Below, piece by piece: positions 33,901 through 35,173 of a DNA stretch of 35,173 nt. The notes below the pieces were generated by a model, which was not told the origin of the DNA, made no database searches, and worked only from the letters and a program-made list of their open reading frames with translations. The stretch's first letter is position 1. The number at the start of each line of letters is the position of its first letter. The translations under genes were made by a program, and so were the position numbers. This stretch comes from Diploschistes diacapsis (taxonomy: Eukaryota), in contig JALAIB010000076.1 of the NCBI GenBank assembly GCA_023645945.1, forward strand, positions 1-35,173. Direction: 5' to 3'.

Positions 33901-34966
33901 AACTTGCGGCCACCAAGTCGTAGAGTCGGAGCGTTTGCGGTATAGGTGCCGCCTTGCGCAGCTGCTATATATGCTAAGCAGGAAATTTCACGGAGTCTAT
34001 CCCGCCATTAAATCACTCAGTTACATATATATACATCAACGCATTTACAGGAGAACTTGATGTCGAAGAGAGTTCTGGTCCTTGTTTTACTGGACTAGGA
34101 AGTATTGACTTACAAGCGAAAAATGAGATATGGGGTGGAGATCATGATGAGATAGTCTACTAGGATGTCCTTGATATATAGACTTCGAGGTAGAAAAAGA
34201 GAGGAGAAGGTGAAGAAGAAAGCGACCGGAAATTTTGGGAAAACCATAGGAGAGACGAAGCAGCCTGCAGCAGCAGAGGGAGCGGCAGGAGAAGAAGTAG
34301 TAGTAGTTGAAGAAAGTGAGCAGCAGGATGAGAAGAAAACACAAGATCGAAGATAGCTAATCGAGTCTATTCGAAGGGGAGAGAAGCGAGACGGTGAAAG
34401 CGATATAGGAGAAGAAGCGAACGAAAGAATTCGTAAAAGGAGGAAGGGAAGCTCAAAACTTGTTATCGAATGAACTGAAAAGAGAATGGAGGCGGAAGAG
34501 GGTGACGTGTCCAGCTTGGAATAGCAGAGGAAATATACAGGACAATTTTCACAATCCCTCATAGGAAGAGATCATAATGTTTCACAGCAAACGCAGCATA
34601 GACGAAGGGACAGAACCGTGCAAGATTGTGAACCTGGGGTCGCTTTGAAACTCTTAAGAGACTATATAGTATATAGCTTAGATTGAAAAAGGTTCAACGA
34701 CCTGAATACTGCCAAATTAATGACTGATTCCCCCACTTGCTTCAATGAGGACCTTAACCGTACCACATCGTATGTAGAATGGCATGACATGCCATCATGT
34801 CACCGTGGATACATAGCCAGGGCACTCCCAAGCTACTTGCATCCAAGCAATGCTTCTTTCCTCTTATGACTATCCGATACTTCGAACATATTAGCTCGCT
34901 ACTAAATTCGTAGTCGCCAACGCCCTCTTAAAGGGTCGACCTAATAGTACTTCTACTATCCTCCCT

Positions 34967-35173
34967 TCAAATCTCCAGCCCCAACAACCGCACAGCATTC
35001 CCTCCCAGCACCCTCTCTGCCCCCTCTTTATTCTCTCCAAAAGCCTCCCTTACGCCCTCCACATTCATCTTCACACTCAACCACTCCCCTTCTCCCTTTC
35101 CCTCCGCCTTCGCCTCGCCCCCAACGGGCGGAAAAAAAGGATGATCCGTCCCCCACAGCACCTTCTCCCCCCC
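34967..35173 (-). CDS. C-terminus of an amidohydrolase-2 family decarboxylase, resembling uracil-5-carboxylate (iso-orotate) decarboxylase; partial, runs off the window
   Basis: KVLWGTDHPFFPP...W...N...AERVLGGNAVRLLGLEI*. The GTDHPFFPP motif and GxNAVR tail match fungal IDCase-like proteins as I recall them. Confidence 0.75.
   Translation of the reverse strand, partial: GGEKVLWGTDHPFFPPVGGEAKAEGKGEGEWLSVKMNVEGVREAFGENKEGAERVLGGNAVRLLGLEI

Larger units (their letters stand above)
18950..34700. mobile_element. About 16 kb decayed multi-gene island, probable dead large mobile element; boundaries approximate
   Basis: Abrupt loss of intact genes after a gene-dense block. The longest listed ORF is 186 aa. 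Many protein-like frames are broken by TAG/TAA/TGA and frameshifts, and TpA-rich patches occur. No transposase or termini identified. Confidence 0.55.

Noticed and set aside
18950..34700. Assignment of the island as an LTR retrotransposon, Helitron, intact Starship, centromere or MAT locus
   Set aside because: I saw no LTR pair, YxDD, integrase, Rep/helicase, captain recombinase or HMG/alpha-box motifs, and the region is not AT-rich enough overall for a typical RIP-saturated centromere. Heavy decay means these cannot be fully excluded by eye.
34779..34802. Overlapping short palindromes (atggcatg-a-catgccat; tgacatg-ccat-catgtca) as a Helitron 3' hairpin
   Set aside because: No CTRR terminus at the expected distance on either strand; short enough to be chance.

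Overview
Eukaryotic DNA from a filamentous ascomycete (Pezizomycotina-like: short GT-AG introns with CTRAC branch points). Positions 1-18950 are a compact block of housekeeping genes: RPS25, GTR2, an 892-aa orphan membrane protein, LCB2, a GTPBP1-type GTPase, LSM3, an ATP13/AEP2-like PPR protein, GPI12 and a small membrane protein. The 3' end of an amidohydrolase resembling iso-orotate decarboxylase closes the window. Between 18950 and about 34700 is a roughly 16 kb island with no intact long gene. It reads as a divergently arranged set of broken reading frames whose stop codons are consistent with RIP-type C>T/G>A decay. Among them are two diverged, complementary remnants of an apparent Fe(II)/2-oxoglutarate dioxygenase (HxD...H). 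This looks like a dead large mobile element of unassigned type. I could not find a transposase, recombinase or element termini. Smaller oddities are an 89-bp TA-bounded MITE-like hairpin beside a minisatellite, a GC-AG intron in LSM3 and a degenerate ~69-bp coding repeat. All gene calls are from remembered family motifs, not database searches.
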